Positions 1-8,521 of a stretch of 32,000 bases of DNA are shown one piece after another. The DNA comes from Candidatus Nanopusillus sp. (GTDB lineage: Archaea; Nanobdellota; Nanobdellia; Nanobdellales; Nanobdellaceae), in NCBI GenBank assembly GCA_028275885.1, contig JAPWTW010000003.1:47133-79132 (forward strand). Reading direction: 5' to 3'. A model generated the notes under the pieces. That model was not told the origin of the DNA. It saw only the letters and a list, made by a program, of their open reading frames with translations, and ran no database searches. Every line of letters starts with the position of its first letter. Position 1 is the first letter of the stretch. The translations under genes and the position numbers were made by a program.

Positions 1-22
1 AATTTTAAAGATCCAAAAAAAT

Positions 23-640
23 TTATTGATATGTTTTATAGCCCAAAGAACTACATGAAGAATAACCTGTATATGGATCTACAGAACAATACATTATATC
101 ATAATATTTAGTTGGTGGAATTGTTACTCTAAATCCCATCTGCAGATTGTGTAAAGAATAGTTTATTGTTGCATTTAAACATGGTCCTCCAATGATTGTT
201 AGATTAACATCTACTACAGAATGTGCTGGTATTATCTGTCCATAACTTAATGTTACGTTATGTGTTTCATCATATACAGATTCAGCTATACCAATATTTG
301 CAGCATCGGCTGAACTTTCAAATATTGGAGTTGTACATATTATATCACCATTTGGGGTTGTAAAATCAATAAACCATCCTCTTAATGGTATCTCTGTTGG
401 TCCTAAATTATATAATGTAAATGAAACTGTTGCTACACTTCCATATTCAGAATATTCAACATCATGAATTGTAAATTGTGGTACTGCAGATTGTTGTTGA
501 TTTAATTGCAATTTTATAATTGAATATCCAGCACTTTTTAAATAAACATCAACAATTATATAAGTACTTATTGCAGCTAATGCAACCAAAAATATAAAGA
601 AAAAAAGCGATTCAAAGGCTTGTCCTTTCATTTTAGCCAT
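23..640 (-). CDS. Secreted/filament protein with class III (type IV pilin-like) signal peptide; archaellin/pilin-related, family unassigned
   Basis: 205-aa ORF. The N-terminus MAKMKGQAFESLFFFIFLVALAAISTYII has a short basic leader, a KG|Q prepilin-peptidase-type site and about 20 hydrophobic residues. Starting at Met4 (631) gives the same MKGQ start as the adjacent archaellin-like gene. I do not recognise the rest of the protein. Confidence 0.5.
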   Translation of the reverse strand: MAKMKGQAFESLFFFIFLVALAAISTYIIVDVYLKSAGYSIIKLQLNQQQSAVPQFTIHDVEYSEYGSVATVSFTLYNLGPTEIPLRGWFIDFTTPNGDIICTTPIFESSADAANIGIAESVYDETHNVTLSYGQIIPAHSVVDVNLTIIGGPCLNATINYSLHNLQMGFRVTIPPTKYYDIMYCSVDPYTGYSSCSSLGYKTYQ

Positions 641-1226
641 ATAATATTACTGTTGGATATATCAATGCTGGTGGAGTTACGCCAGCTAGATCATATGGTT
701 GTCCGTTTGGTGGTATTATAGAGAATTCCCATGTTTGTGAAGTTCCTAATGATAGATTAGCATATACTAATAGTGCTGCTAAGTCATTTGGTCCTAATAC
801 TCCATTATATAATAATCCTGAATTTGATACTGAATCTTGTTGATCAATGTAATAATATCCTGTATATTGTGTTACTAGTGAAGAGTCTGCTACAGCTCCT
901 CCATATACAAATACTTGTCTACCAGCTGGAGCATAGAATATTACTGCTGTTTGATTTAATAATATTGGCTGTGATCCTGGTGCTAATTTTGTATATACTA
1001 AGAACTTTTGTACTGTTTGTGATGTTGTATTAACATTTATACCCTCTACTCTTACAATTTCTACAGTTGTACCAGATGTTTGTACTGTTTGTTGTGCTGC
1101 AGCTGCTGCATGTCCTTGTGCACTAGTTGTTGCCCCAATAATTACTAATGCTGCTATTGCTGCTGTCAATGCTGCTGCTATAAACAATACCATTGCTGAA
1201 AAACCAGATCCTCCCTGACCTTTCAT
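633..1226 (-). CDS. Archaellin (archaeal flagellin FlaB/ArlB-like)
   Basis: 197 aa. MKGQGGSGFSAMVLFIAAALTAAIAALVIIGATTSAQ is a class III signal peptide plus hydrophobic helix. It is followed by a Q/T/S-rich segment and strands typical of the archaellin domain (TVEIVRVEG; VYTKLAPGSQPILLNQTAVIFY). Confidence 0.65.
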   Translation of the reverse strand: MKGQGGSGFSAMVLFIAAALTAAIAALVIIGATTSAQGHAAAAAQQTVQTSGTTVEIVRVEGINVNTTSQTVQKFLVYTKLAPGSQPILLNQTAVIFYAPAGRQVFVYGGAVADSSLVTQYTGYYYIDQQDSVSNSGLLYNGVLGPNDLAALLVYANLSLGTSQTWEFSIIPPNGQPYDLAGVTPPALIYPTVILYG

Positions 1227-1286
1227 ACTTTATTAAACACTCTTCCTATTTATATAAATTTGCTAATCAATGATGTTAACTAAATT

Positions 1287-1361
1287 TGCCCCCGCCGGGA
1301 TTTGAACCCGGGTCATAGGGACGAAAACCCTATATCCTAGACCAGACTAGACGACGGGGGC
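1287..1361 (-). tRNA. tRNA-Glu (anticodon UUC)
   Basis: The reverse complement GCCCCCGTCGTCTAGTCTGGTCTAGGATATAGGGTTTTCGTCCCTATGACCCGGGTTCAAATCCCGGCGGGGGCA folds as a 75-nt cloverleaf. Acceptor is GCCCCCG/CGGGGGC, anticodon stem TAGGG/CCCTA, loop TTTTCGT and T arm CCGGG-TTCAAAT-CCCGG. No CCA is encoded. Confidence 0.9.
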
Positions 1362-1457
1362 GTATTTATTTTACTTATAGATAATATTATATAAAGTTTT
1401 ATTTAAATTTTATAACAATGTTATGAATTTAAAAATATAATATATATTTTTAAATAT

Positions 1458-2801
1458 ATGGAAGAAATAACTATAAGAGGTCCCTTAAATGAAGAAAAAA
1501 TCAAAAAAATATCTGAGATATTAAATGAACCTGAATGGATGACAAATATAAGATTAAAAGGATTAAATTATTTTAATAAATTAGATTTACCAAATTTCGG
1601 ACCTGAAATAAATAATATTGACTTTAATAATATGATATATTATAGAGGTATAACTAAAGAAAATAGACCAAAAAGATGGGAGGATTTACCAAAGGATATA
1701 AGAGATAAAATAGAAAAATTAGGACTAAAAAAAGAATTTGAAAGGGAATTTTTATCAGGATTATTATATCAACATGATTCTTCCTCAATATATAAAGAAA
1801 TAAGGAAATATCTAAATCAGGAAGGTATTATTTTTATGCCTTTATCACAAGCAGTAAGAGATTATCCGGAAATTGTAAAAGAATATTTTGGAAAAATTGT
1901 TTCTTTTGGAGATAATAAATTTGCAGCATTAAATACAGCTGTATGGAGTGGGGGTGTATTTATTTATGTACCAGAAAATGTTAAAATAGACTTTCCATTA
2001 CAGGCATATTTTTGGATAGGAACAGAAAATCTAGGACAATTTGAAAGAACTTTAATAATAGCAGATAAAAATTCTAGAGTAACTTATATAGAAGGATGTA
2101 CAGCCCCAATATATAATATATCTTCATTACATGCTGCAGTAGTAGAAGTTTTTGCAAAAGATAGTTCAGAAGTTACTTATGCTACAATTCAAAACTGGTC
2201 TAGAAATATATATAATTTAGTAACAAAAAGAGCAAAGGTATATAAAAATGCTAAAATTAAATGGATATCTGCAGAATTTGGAAGTAAAGTAACAATGTTA
2301 TACCCTGGATTAATTTTAGAAGAGAATTCTATGGGAGAGATTTATACAATATCTATTGCAAATGAAAATCAAATAATAGACACTGGTGGAAGAATATTGG
2401 TAAATGGAAGAAATTCTAAAGGATATATCATAACAAAATCTATATCAATAAATGGAAAAGCTATAAATAGAATAGATATAAAGATATTTAGTAATTCTGA
2501 AAATTCAAAAGTTATATCTAAATGTGACTCTTTAATAGAAGGAAATGGAATAGTAGAATCTATACCAAGAATAGAAATTTACAATAATAAGAATTATTAT
2601 AATCATGAAGCAAAAACTGAAAAAATTGATAAACAAAAATTACTTTATTTACAAAGTTTAGGTATAGATAAAAAGAAAGCTAAAAGATTAATATATATGG
2701 GATTTGCAGATGACATTCTAAAGAACTTTCCACCCTCCTATCAAATAAGAATTAAAAAACTTTTAGAAATAGAATTAGAAGAAATTGGAGGATTTGGCTA
2801 A
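1458..2801 (+). CDS. sufB: Fe-S cluster assembly protein SufB
   Basis: 447 aa with SufB/SufD beta-helix family sequence and the SufB-specific EGCTAPIY motif. Length and N-terminal region (EPEWM..RLKGL..F) are typical of SufB. Confidence 0.9.
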   Translation: MEEITIRGPLNEEKIKKISEILNEPEWMTNIRLKGLNYFNKLDLPNFGPEINNIDFNNMIYYRGITKENRPKRWEDLPKDIRDKIEKLGLKKEFEREFLSGLLYQHDSSSIYKEIRKYLNQEGIIFMPLSQAVRDYPEIVKEYFGKIVSFGDNKFAALNTAVWSGGVFIYVPENVKIDFPLQAYFWIGTENLGQFERTLIIADKNSRVTYIEGCTAPIYNISSLHAAVVEVFAKDSSEVTYATIQNWSRNIYNLVTKRAKVYKNAKIKWISAEFGSKVTMLYPGLILEENSMGEIYTISIANENQIIDTGGRILVNGRNSKGYIITKSISINGKAINRIDIKIFSNSENSKVISKCDSLIEGNGIVESIPRIEIYNNKNYYNHEAKTEKIDKQKLLYLQSLGIDKKKAKRLIYMGFADDILKNFPPSYQIRIKKLLEIELEEIGGFG

Positions 2802-5132
2802 TTATTTAAATAACCAATTATATATTATTTTTATATCTTTCTTTATTACTCTTCTAGCTTCAAATTTCTTAATTTTAAAATAATCTGATATTTTTGCAAA
2901 ACTCCATGATAATAAAAATTTTCCTATCAATAATTCTTCTCTATCTATTTTTGGTTTATCCTTTTCAGTATATAATAAATAATAAATATATAATAATTTT
3001 GCAATATCTGCAGCAGCTTCATATGTCATAGGCGAAGATAAATAACCTTTCAGTCTTTCTATTTGATTATCCGTCAAATTCAACTTATAATGTGGCTTAA
3101 ATCTATATGGAGTTTCCAACATTTTTAATATTAATTCTGGTGATAAATCAAAATATACATCTGATATTTGATTTATCAATCTCCATCTAAATTCATAATT
3201 TAGCTTTTTAACTATTTTTTCTGATTCCTCGTTTAGTGGTTTTATTACTATACCAGAATATTCTCCAGAAACCTTGTTTTTTTCTGGAGATAAATGAACT
3301 AATACAAAATTATTTTTTTGCCAAAAATTTAATAATTCATAAGTTATACCAAAACTAGAACCTATCCAATCATAATTATTTTCTTTAGCCCAATTATACA
3401 GTTTATCCAACGCTAAAGATCCCAAACCCATTCCCTGAACTTCAGGTACTGTAGCAATTCTAACAATCCTCAATCCTTTTAATTTAGCAAATTCTTTTAT
3501 TCTATAATGTTTTACTATTATATCTGGTATTATATTTCCTTTTGGTTTATAATCCTTTAACATTTTATTGATTGTATCGTCATCTATACCACCTTCATAT
3601 GCAATATGTATTCCATTTACAATTTTTCCATTTGATAATTCTAAAACAAAAGCATCATGATGTGGTGCATCAGCAAGCATTGCTATATCATTTGGTTTAT
3701 TTTGATAATGTGCTAAAATATATATTCCAACAAAATTCTTTAATTTAGGATCATCATTATAAAACCATTCTTTCATCGGTATTTTATAAAATCTAACATC
3801 TCTATTTTTTATTAACTCTTTATCATTCTCATTAATTTCTGAAACTTCAGAGTCTAATAATAATGTATCATATAACCATTTTTCAATTGGATCTTCTCCA
3901 TTATATCTAATTGGCTCAACCATATTATATTTATATATTTTAAAATCTTTCAGAAAATTTAGATATTTCAAAAATTTGACAGAAAAAGATCTACCTGCTC
4001 CCTCATATCCATGAATTGTAGAAGAGAATACAATTTTATCATATCTTTTAGTATACTCTAATAATATATTTATACCAATACCTGCAGCTTCATCAACAAA
4101 TAAAATATCATATTTTTTTCCCAAAATCTCTGATGGCTTTCTATATTCAATATATATCTTATTGCCTATTACTATCTTTCTTTCATTTATTTCTTTATAT
4201 TTTATATTGTTCTTATTTAATCCCAACTTCAAAAATTCAAATAATGTTTCTACATTATTGAATTCTGGAGATGTTATACCAATATCATATACTCCTTTAC
4301 TATTTAATAATATTTCAGAAATTCCAGCGATTACCAAACCAAGAGATGCACTTTTCCCTCTTCCTCTATCTGCAATAATTAAATATATTGATTTTTCATC
4401 ATTTAATAAATTTTCTAAAAGAGAAAGAACATTTACCTGATCTTGTGTTAAACATAATTTATATATTCTATCTGAAAACTTTCTATTATCTGGCAATAAT
4501 ATTTTCTTTCTTCCAGGTGGATATGCTTCCTCTAATATACATTCATCATTTATTCCTTTTATTAATCCTTTTTCTATATCATATATAATTATATTGTCAT
4601 ATTGAAGTAATTTGTTTTTGAATCTATGTTCAAAATATTTTTTTACATCTTCTAACTTATATGGGGGGGTTAATAAATGCTCATGAAAAGTTGTATAATT
4701 TTCTTCAAAATGTTCAAAATCTTTAATTAAAAAGAACGCAATACCCATACCAGATAGAGTTTCAATAATTCTACCTATATAATCTGGGGTTAAAGATTTA
4801 TACATATCTAAAATCAATATATCATACGTTTTTCCTAAAATTTTTTTAGAATTTTTATATTTAATTTTTTCTATATCTAAAAAATCTACCTTTTCTTTCA
4901 GTTTTTGAAATCTATATAAAAAATCGCTATTAAAGTCTTCAGAAATATATAAGATCTTTATGTTATTTTTAAAATTCCCAATTCTTTCATAGTATATTTT
5001 TAATAAATTAGATAAAATATCAAAATAATCTTTACCTGATAAAACAACAATTCCTCTATGATTATTTTTAATTATTTTACACAATAATTTATTATAATCA
5101 TTTAATATGTCCATATATAAAATATTAACCAA
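2802..5132 (-). CDS. tmcA: tRNA(Met) cytidine acetyltransferase TmcA (Nat10/Kre33 homolog)
   Basis: 776 aa. It has a helicase-type Walker A (DRGRGKSAS), a Walker B (FVDEAAGI) and a C-terminal GNAT motif (RIATVPEVQGMGLGS). The track start at 5132 is a TTG codon; the first ATG (Met7, MDILNDY) is at 5114. Confidence 0.88.
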   Translation of the reverse strand: MVNILYMDILNDYNKLLCKIIKNNHRGIVVLSGKDYFDILSNLLKIYYERIGNFKNNIKILYISEDFNSDFLYRFQKLKEKVDFLDIEKIKYKNSKKILGKTYDILILDMYKSLTPDYIGRIIETLSGMGIAFFLIKDFEHFEENYTTFHEHLLTPPYKLEDVKKYFEHRFKNKLLQYDNIIIYDIEKGLIKGINDECILEEAYPPGRKKILLPDNRKFSDRIYKLCLTQDQVNVLSLLENLLNDEKSIYLIIADRGRGKSASLGLVIAGISEILLNSKGVYDIGITSPEFNNVETLFEFLKLGLNKNNIKYKEINERKIVIGNKIYIEYRKPSEILGKKYDILFVDEAAGIGINILLEYTKRYDKIVFSSTIHGYEGAGRSFSVKFLKYLNFLKDFKIYKYNMVEPIRYNGEDPIEKWLYDTLLLDSEVSEINENDKELIKNRDVRFYKIPMKEWFYNDDPKLKNFVGIYILAHYQNKPNDIAMLADAPHHDAFVLELSNGKIVNGIHIAYEGGIDDDTINKMLKDYKPKGNIIPDIIVKHYRIKEFAKLKGLRIVRIATVPEVQGMGLGSLALDKLYNWAKENNYDWIGSSFGITYELLNFWQKNNFVLVHLSPEKNKVSGEYSGIVIKPLNEESEKIVKKLNYEFRWRLINQISDVYFDLSPELILKMLETPYRFKPHYKLNLTDNQIERLKGYLSSPMTYEAAADIAKLLYIYYLLYTEKDKPKIDREELLIGKFLLSWSFAKISDYFKIKKFEARRVIKKDIKIIYNWLFK

Positions 5133-5294
5133 TTACTTATAATTGTTTAAGAAAATATTAACTTTTTGTTAAAGCTATATTAAATTACGTTAAAACATTA
5201 AAATATTTTGTTAATAGGATATTAAATAACAGATAAACATTAATTAAATAACGTTAAAATGTTAATCATATATGTTAAATAGATGTTAAGTTAA
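5125..5294. repeat. Phased array of GTTAA/TTAAC pentamers in the tmcA upstream spacer
   Basis: GTTAA occurs on the + strand at 5168, 5189, 5210, 5253, 5261, 5274, 5285 and 5290, with a GATAA variant at 5232. Inverted TTAAC copies lie at 5125 and 5158. The main series is spaced 21, 21, 22, 21, 21 nt. TTAAC-N5-GTTAA forms a palindrome at 5158-5172. Confidence 0.6.
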
Positions 5295-7063
5295 AGTAAA
5301 TAATATCTTAATTTTGTATCGAGCGATTTTAATAATTTTTGATCATCTACAAAAACTATAGAGAGTCCTTTAGATATTCCTCCAGAATATAATCTGGAGG
5401 TTCTTCCAGAAGCCTGTAAATATGTCTTAAGATCCACAATATTTAAATATATGTTTTTATTTTCATCTATTTCTATAGAAACATCTGGATTTTCTTTTAA
5501 TTTTTCTAATATTTCCAGTCTATCGAGATAAATTTTCAAAATATTGTATAATGTTAATATATCATCGGCAAATAACTTTAAATATCCGACTAATTCAACA
5601 TTATTTCCATTTAAAAAGTCAGAAATTAATTTTAAATCTCCAGAAGACATTTTTTTCATATTTTTTCTCAATCTTGTAAGAATTTTTGTTATTTTATCTT
5701 TTTCTATCTCAGGTATATAAGGCAAAATTAAGTTAGATAAAATAATTATGTTCATTATATTTTTCTCAAGATTTTTAATATTTATTTTTATCTTCGGTAT
5801 ACCCAAAAATATTGCATATTTTATTCTTTCAGGCATATTAATTCCCCTAGTTAATATTCCATATGGATCTGTAATACTAATTAAGAAATTTATTTTTTCT
5901 TCATAAAAATCATTTAATATACTCTCAATTTCTTTTGCTTTTGTTTTTGAATATATCAAACCAACTTTTATATTATTTGATATTAAATAGTTATAAATTT
6001 CTTTCATATATTCTATTCCTTTCTCTTTTGGAACAAATATTAATGCTCCATCTTCCAACTCTTTTAATAAATCTAATAATTCTTCTTTTATATCTTTTTT
6101 GGGAATATAATATACATCTACAACATTTCTAATCTTTGAACTTCCAGTTCCAATAGTAAAGTTAGCTAATTCTTTATACAATCTTACCCTTTTCCCCCTT
6201 AAATTACCAGTAGCTGAAGATAAAACAATTATTCCGTGATTTTTATTTTTAATCTCTAAAAACTTTTTATATAAATCGCTATTAAAATCTAATTTACCAG
6301 TTAATTTTAGATCTATTACTTTTTTAGCAATATTTATATCATCTTCACTATAACCTATTAAAATAAATAGTTTTTCAATATTTTTTGATCCTTTAAAAAA
6401 AGAATCTACATCATCTACAAAAGCAATATCAAATTTTTTATCTTTTAATATTTCAAAATTTTTAGTTAAAAACTGATTTGAAATAATTAATATATTAAAT
6501 TCACCATTCTTTATTTTTTCTTTAATTTCTTTTTTATTACCACCATAATACGCTATAAACTTTATATTTAGATTTAAGCTACTTATAAATTTATCAAATA
6601 AATCATTAAATTGTCTTACAAGCAATCTTGTAGGTAATATTATTATTATTTTTTTGTTATATTCACTAGAAAAGTAAATAGATGAAATTATAATAAATGT
6701 TGATTTTCCAACACCTGTAGGTGCTATCATAGAAAAACTACTGTTTTTATATAATCTTTCAAACCACATTATTTGTACTTTCCATGGATTAGAATTTAAT
6801 AACTTTTTAAAAAATTCAGAAAATTTATTAACTTCTTTATATAAATTATAAATATTTGAATAATCTTTTAATTTTTCCTTTTCAGATAATTTTTTATATA
6901 AAAATTCTCTAAAAGCATTTTCATCTTTTATATTTAATAAGTCTAATATTTCATTATCATCCAAATCATTTTCACAAGGAAGACCATTTGAAAGTCTATA
7001 AGAAGAAATTATACCATTACAATTAAAACATAAATTTTTTATATATAGAGGAATGTAATCCAT
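5291..7063 (-). CDS. rgy: Reverse gyrase, helicase-like module only (split reverse gyrase, N-terminal subunit)
   Basis: 590 aa. It has an N-terminal zinc-finger remnant (CFNCNG..C), Walker A APTGVGKST, FVDDVDSFFKGSKNIEKL, SSATG and motif VI QASGRTSRL. The protein ends about 30 aa after motif VI with no Toprim/topo IA domain. Confidence 0.85.
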   Translation of the reverse strand: MDYIPLYIKNLCFNCNGIISSYRLSNGLPCENDLDDNEILDLLNIKDENAFREFLYKKLSEKEKLKDYSNIYNLYKEVNKFSEFFKKLLNSNPWKVQIMWFERLYKNSSFSMIAPTGVGKSTFIIISSIYFSSEYNKKIIIILPTRLLVRQFNDLFDKFISSLNLNIKFIAYYGGNKKEIKEKIKNGEFNILIISNQFLTKNFEILKDKKFDIAFVDDVDSFFKGSKNIEKLFILIGYSEDDINIAKKVIDLKLTGKLDFNSDLYKKFLEIKNKNHGIIVLSSATGNLRGKRVRLYKELANFTIGTGSSKIRNVVDVYYIPKKDIKEELLDLLKELEDGALIFVPKEKGIEYMKEIYNYLISNNIKVGLIYSKTKAKEIESILNDFYEEKINFLISITDPYGILTRGINMPERIKYAIFLGIPKIKINIKNLEKNIMNIIILSNLILPYIPEIEKDKITKILTRLRKNMKKMSSGDLKLISDFLNGNNVELVGYLKLFADDILTLYNILKIYLDRLEILEKLKENPDVSIEIDENKNIYLNIVDLKTYLQASGRTSRLYSGGISKGLSIVFVDDQKLLKSLDTKLRYYLL

Positions 7064-7104
7064 ATTTTCTTTTATTTTAAAAATTAATTTAAAAATATTC
7101 TATT

Positions 7105-7704
7105 ATGGATATATCAGATATAATTACCTATTTACAAAAAGAAAAAGAGAAAAAAACATTACAAAATTTACAAAAAGATTTTTACATTAAAGTATCAGAA
7201 TTATTAAAAAAGTATAAAAAACAATTAGAAGCATATAAATCCGATAGTAAAGAATATAGAGAGATTATTGCAACAATGGATAGATTAAAAGAAACATTAT
7301 CAGAATTAATTAATATAAGAATTAGCAAAATAATAAATAATACATTATTAGAAGTTAAAGAGGACTTGAACATAATATCAGAAGACTTTTTAGAAGAAGA
7401 AGAAAAAATATTATATTCTCTTGTAAAAAAAATATTAAAATCATATAAAGAAAATATACAAAATAAAATTATTAATGGAGAAGAAATTGATATTAATAAA
7501 TTCTTTTCAGATATAAATATAAATATTTCATTATATCAAAATAAAATAGATAAGAAAATTGTTATTATTAAAAACCAATTACCAAAGATTGTTGGACCAA
7601 ATGGAAAAATATATGGACCTTTTAAAGTTGGAGATATAATAATATTAAATAATAACTTTGCTGAAAAATTAGAAAATACTGGAATAGGAAAAATTATTAA
7701 TTAA
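7105..7704 (+). CDS. GINS subunit, Gins51/Gins15-like
   Basis: 199 aa. The N-terminal pattern (L..EKE...LQ.L.KDFY..V..LLK) and C-terminal small domain (GP.GK.YGPFKVGDIIILNNNFAEKLENTGIGKII) resemble archaeal Gins51. Its position immediately upstream of rpl44e matches the conserved archaeal GINS/L44e/aIF2-alpha/Nop10 neighbourhood. Confidence 0.65.
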   Translation: MDISDIITYLQKEKEKKTLQNLQKDFYIKVSELLKKYKKQLEAYKSDSKEYREIIATMDRLKETLSELINIRISKIINNTLLEVKEDLNIISEDFLEEEEKILYSLVKKILKSYKENIQNKIINGEEIDINKFFSDININISLYQNKIDKKIVIIKNQLPKIVGPNGKIYGPFKVGDIIILNNNFAEKLENTGIGKIIN

Positions 7705-7735
7705 ACTTATAAAATTATTTAGATAATTATTTTTA

Positions 7736-8050
7736 ATGAAATTACCAAAGACTGTTAACAAATATTGTCCATATTGCAGAAAGGTTACTGAACATAAAGT
7801 AATCATTGTAAAAAGTGTAAAAGTTAGAACTGGTCTAGTTTGGGGTGCTAGAAGAGCTAGAGAAGGAAAAAAAGGTATAGGAAATAAAGGAAAATATAGC
7901 AAGAGACCTCTATCACAAAGAAAAAGAGGTATTATAAAATCATCTAAGGGAGTTGATATAAGATTAGAATGCAGTGTATGCAAAAAACAAACCATATGGA
8001 AAATAGAAGGTAGATACAAAAAAGTTGAATTATCAACTGCTATAAAATGA
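7736..8050 (+). CDS. rpl44e: 50S ribosomal protein L44e (eL42)
   Basis: 104 aa. MKLPKTVNKYCPYCRKVTEHKV...ECSVCKK is a zinc-ribbon CxxC...CxxC within a basic protein, a typical L44e sequence. Confidence 0.88.
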   Translation: MKLPKTVNKYCPYCRKVTEHKVIIVKSVKVRTGLVWGARRAREGKKGIGNKGKYSKRPLSQRKRGIIKSSKGVDIRLECSVCKKQTIWKIEGRYKKVELSTAIK

Positions 8051-8517
8051 AGTCAAAACTATATTTTGAAGCATTTTCTAATGATAAGGATAAGTTAATA
8101 GAGTTTTTAAATAAGACATTTGAGGCTATATCAAAATTCAAGAATTTCCAAATAATAGACAAAAAAATCGCTGATCCTATAACAAAAGATATAAAAACTC
8201 CAGATGGAAAAACTATAAGTGGATGGTCATCTTATTTAGAAATATATGCAGATTTCAAAGATTTCGATTCATTAATAGATTTTATATTATTTTATACACC
8301 ATCAAGAATTGATATAGAAGATATAAAAGAAATGAAAATTATAACAAAAGATAATGAAATAAAATATAACAAAGAAAAGATTAATTTATTATTAAATCAA
8401 ATACCACAAGCTATAAATATGAAAATATCTGCATTATTGAATATATATCTTGCACAAGTCAAAAAAGATTCTAAAGGACCTGACAATCAATCATTAACAA
8501 ATTTAAAAATAAAATAA
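8047..8517 (+). CDS. Hypothetical protein, translationally coupled to rpl44e
   Basis: 156-aa ORF fills the gap with no competing ORF and has an ATGA overlap with the rpl44e stop. It has no cysteines and no motif I recognise. Confidence 0.5.
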   Translation: MKSKLYFEAFSNDKDKLIEFLNKTFEAISKFKNFQIIDKKIADPITKDIKTPDGKTISGWSSYLEIYADFKDFDSLIDFILFYTPSRIDIEDIKEMKIITKDNEIKYNKEKINLLLNQIPQAINMKISALLNIYLAQVKKDSKGPDNQSLTNLKIK

Positions 8518-8521
8518 AATT

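Noticed and set aside
5125-5294. Considered whether the GTTAA repeats form a CRISPR array or a tandem minisatellite.
   Set aside because: The units are only about 21 nt with a 5-nt conserved core and degenerate remainder. There is no repeat/spacer structure of CRISPR dimensions. I kept it as a phased binding-site-like array instead.
8047-8517. Tested whether the ORF after rpl44e, or any nearby small ORF, could be ribosomal protein S27e as expected from conserved gene order.
   Set aside because: S27e is a roughly 60-aa zinc-ribbon protein with four cysteines. This ORF is 156 aa with no cysteine, and I found no Cys-rich small ORF in the 7.7-10.3 kb region other than Nop10.
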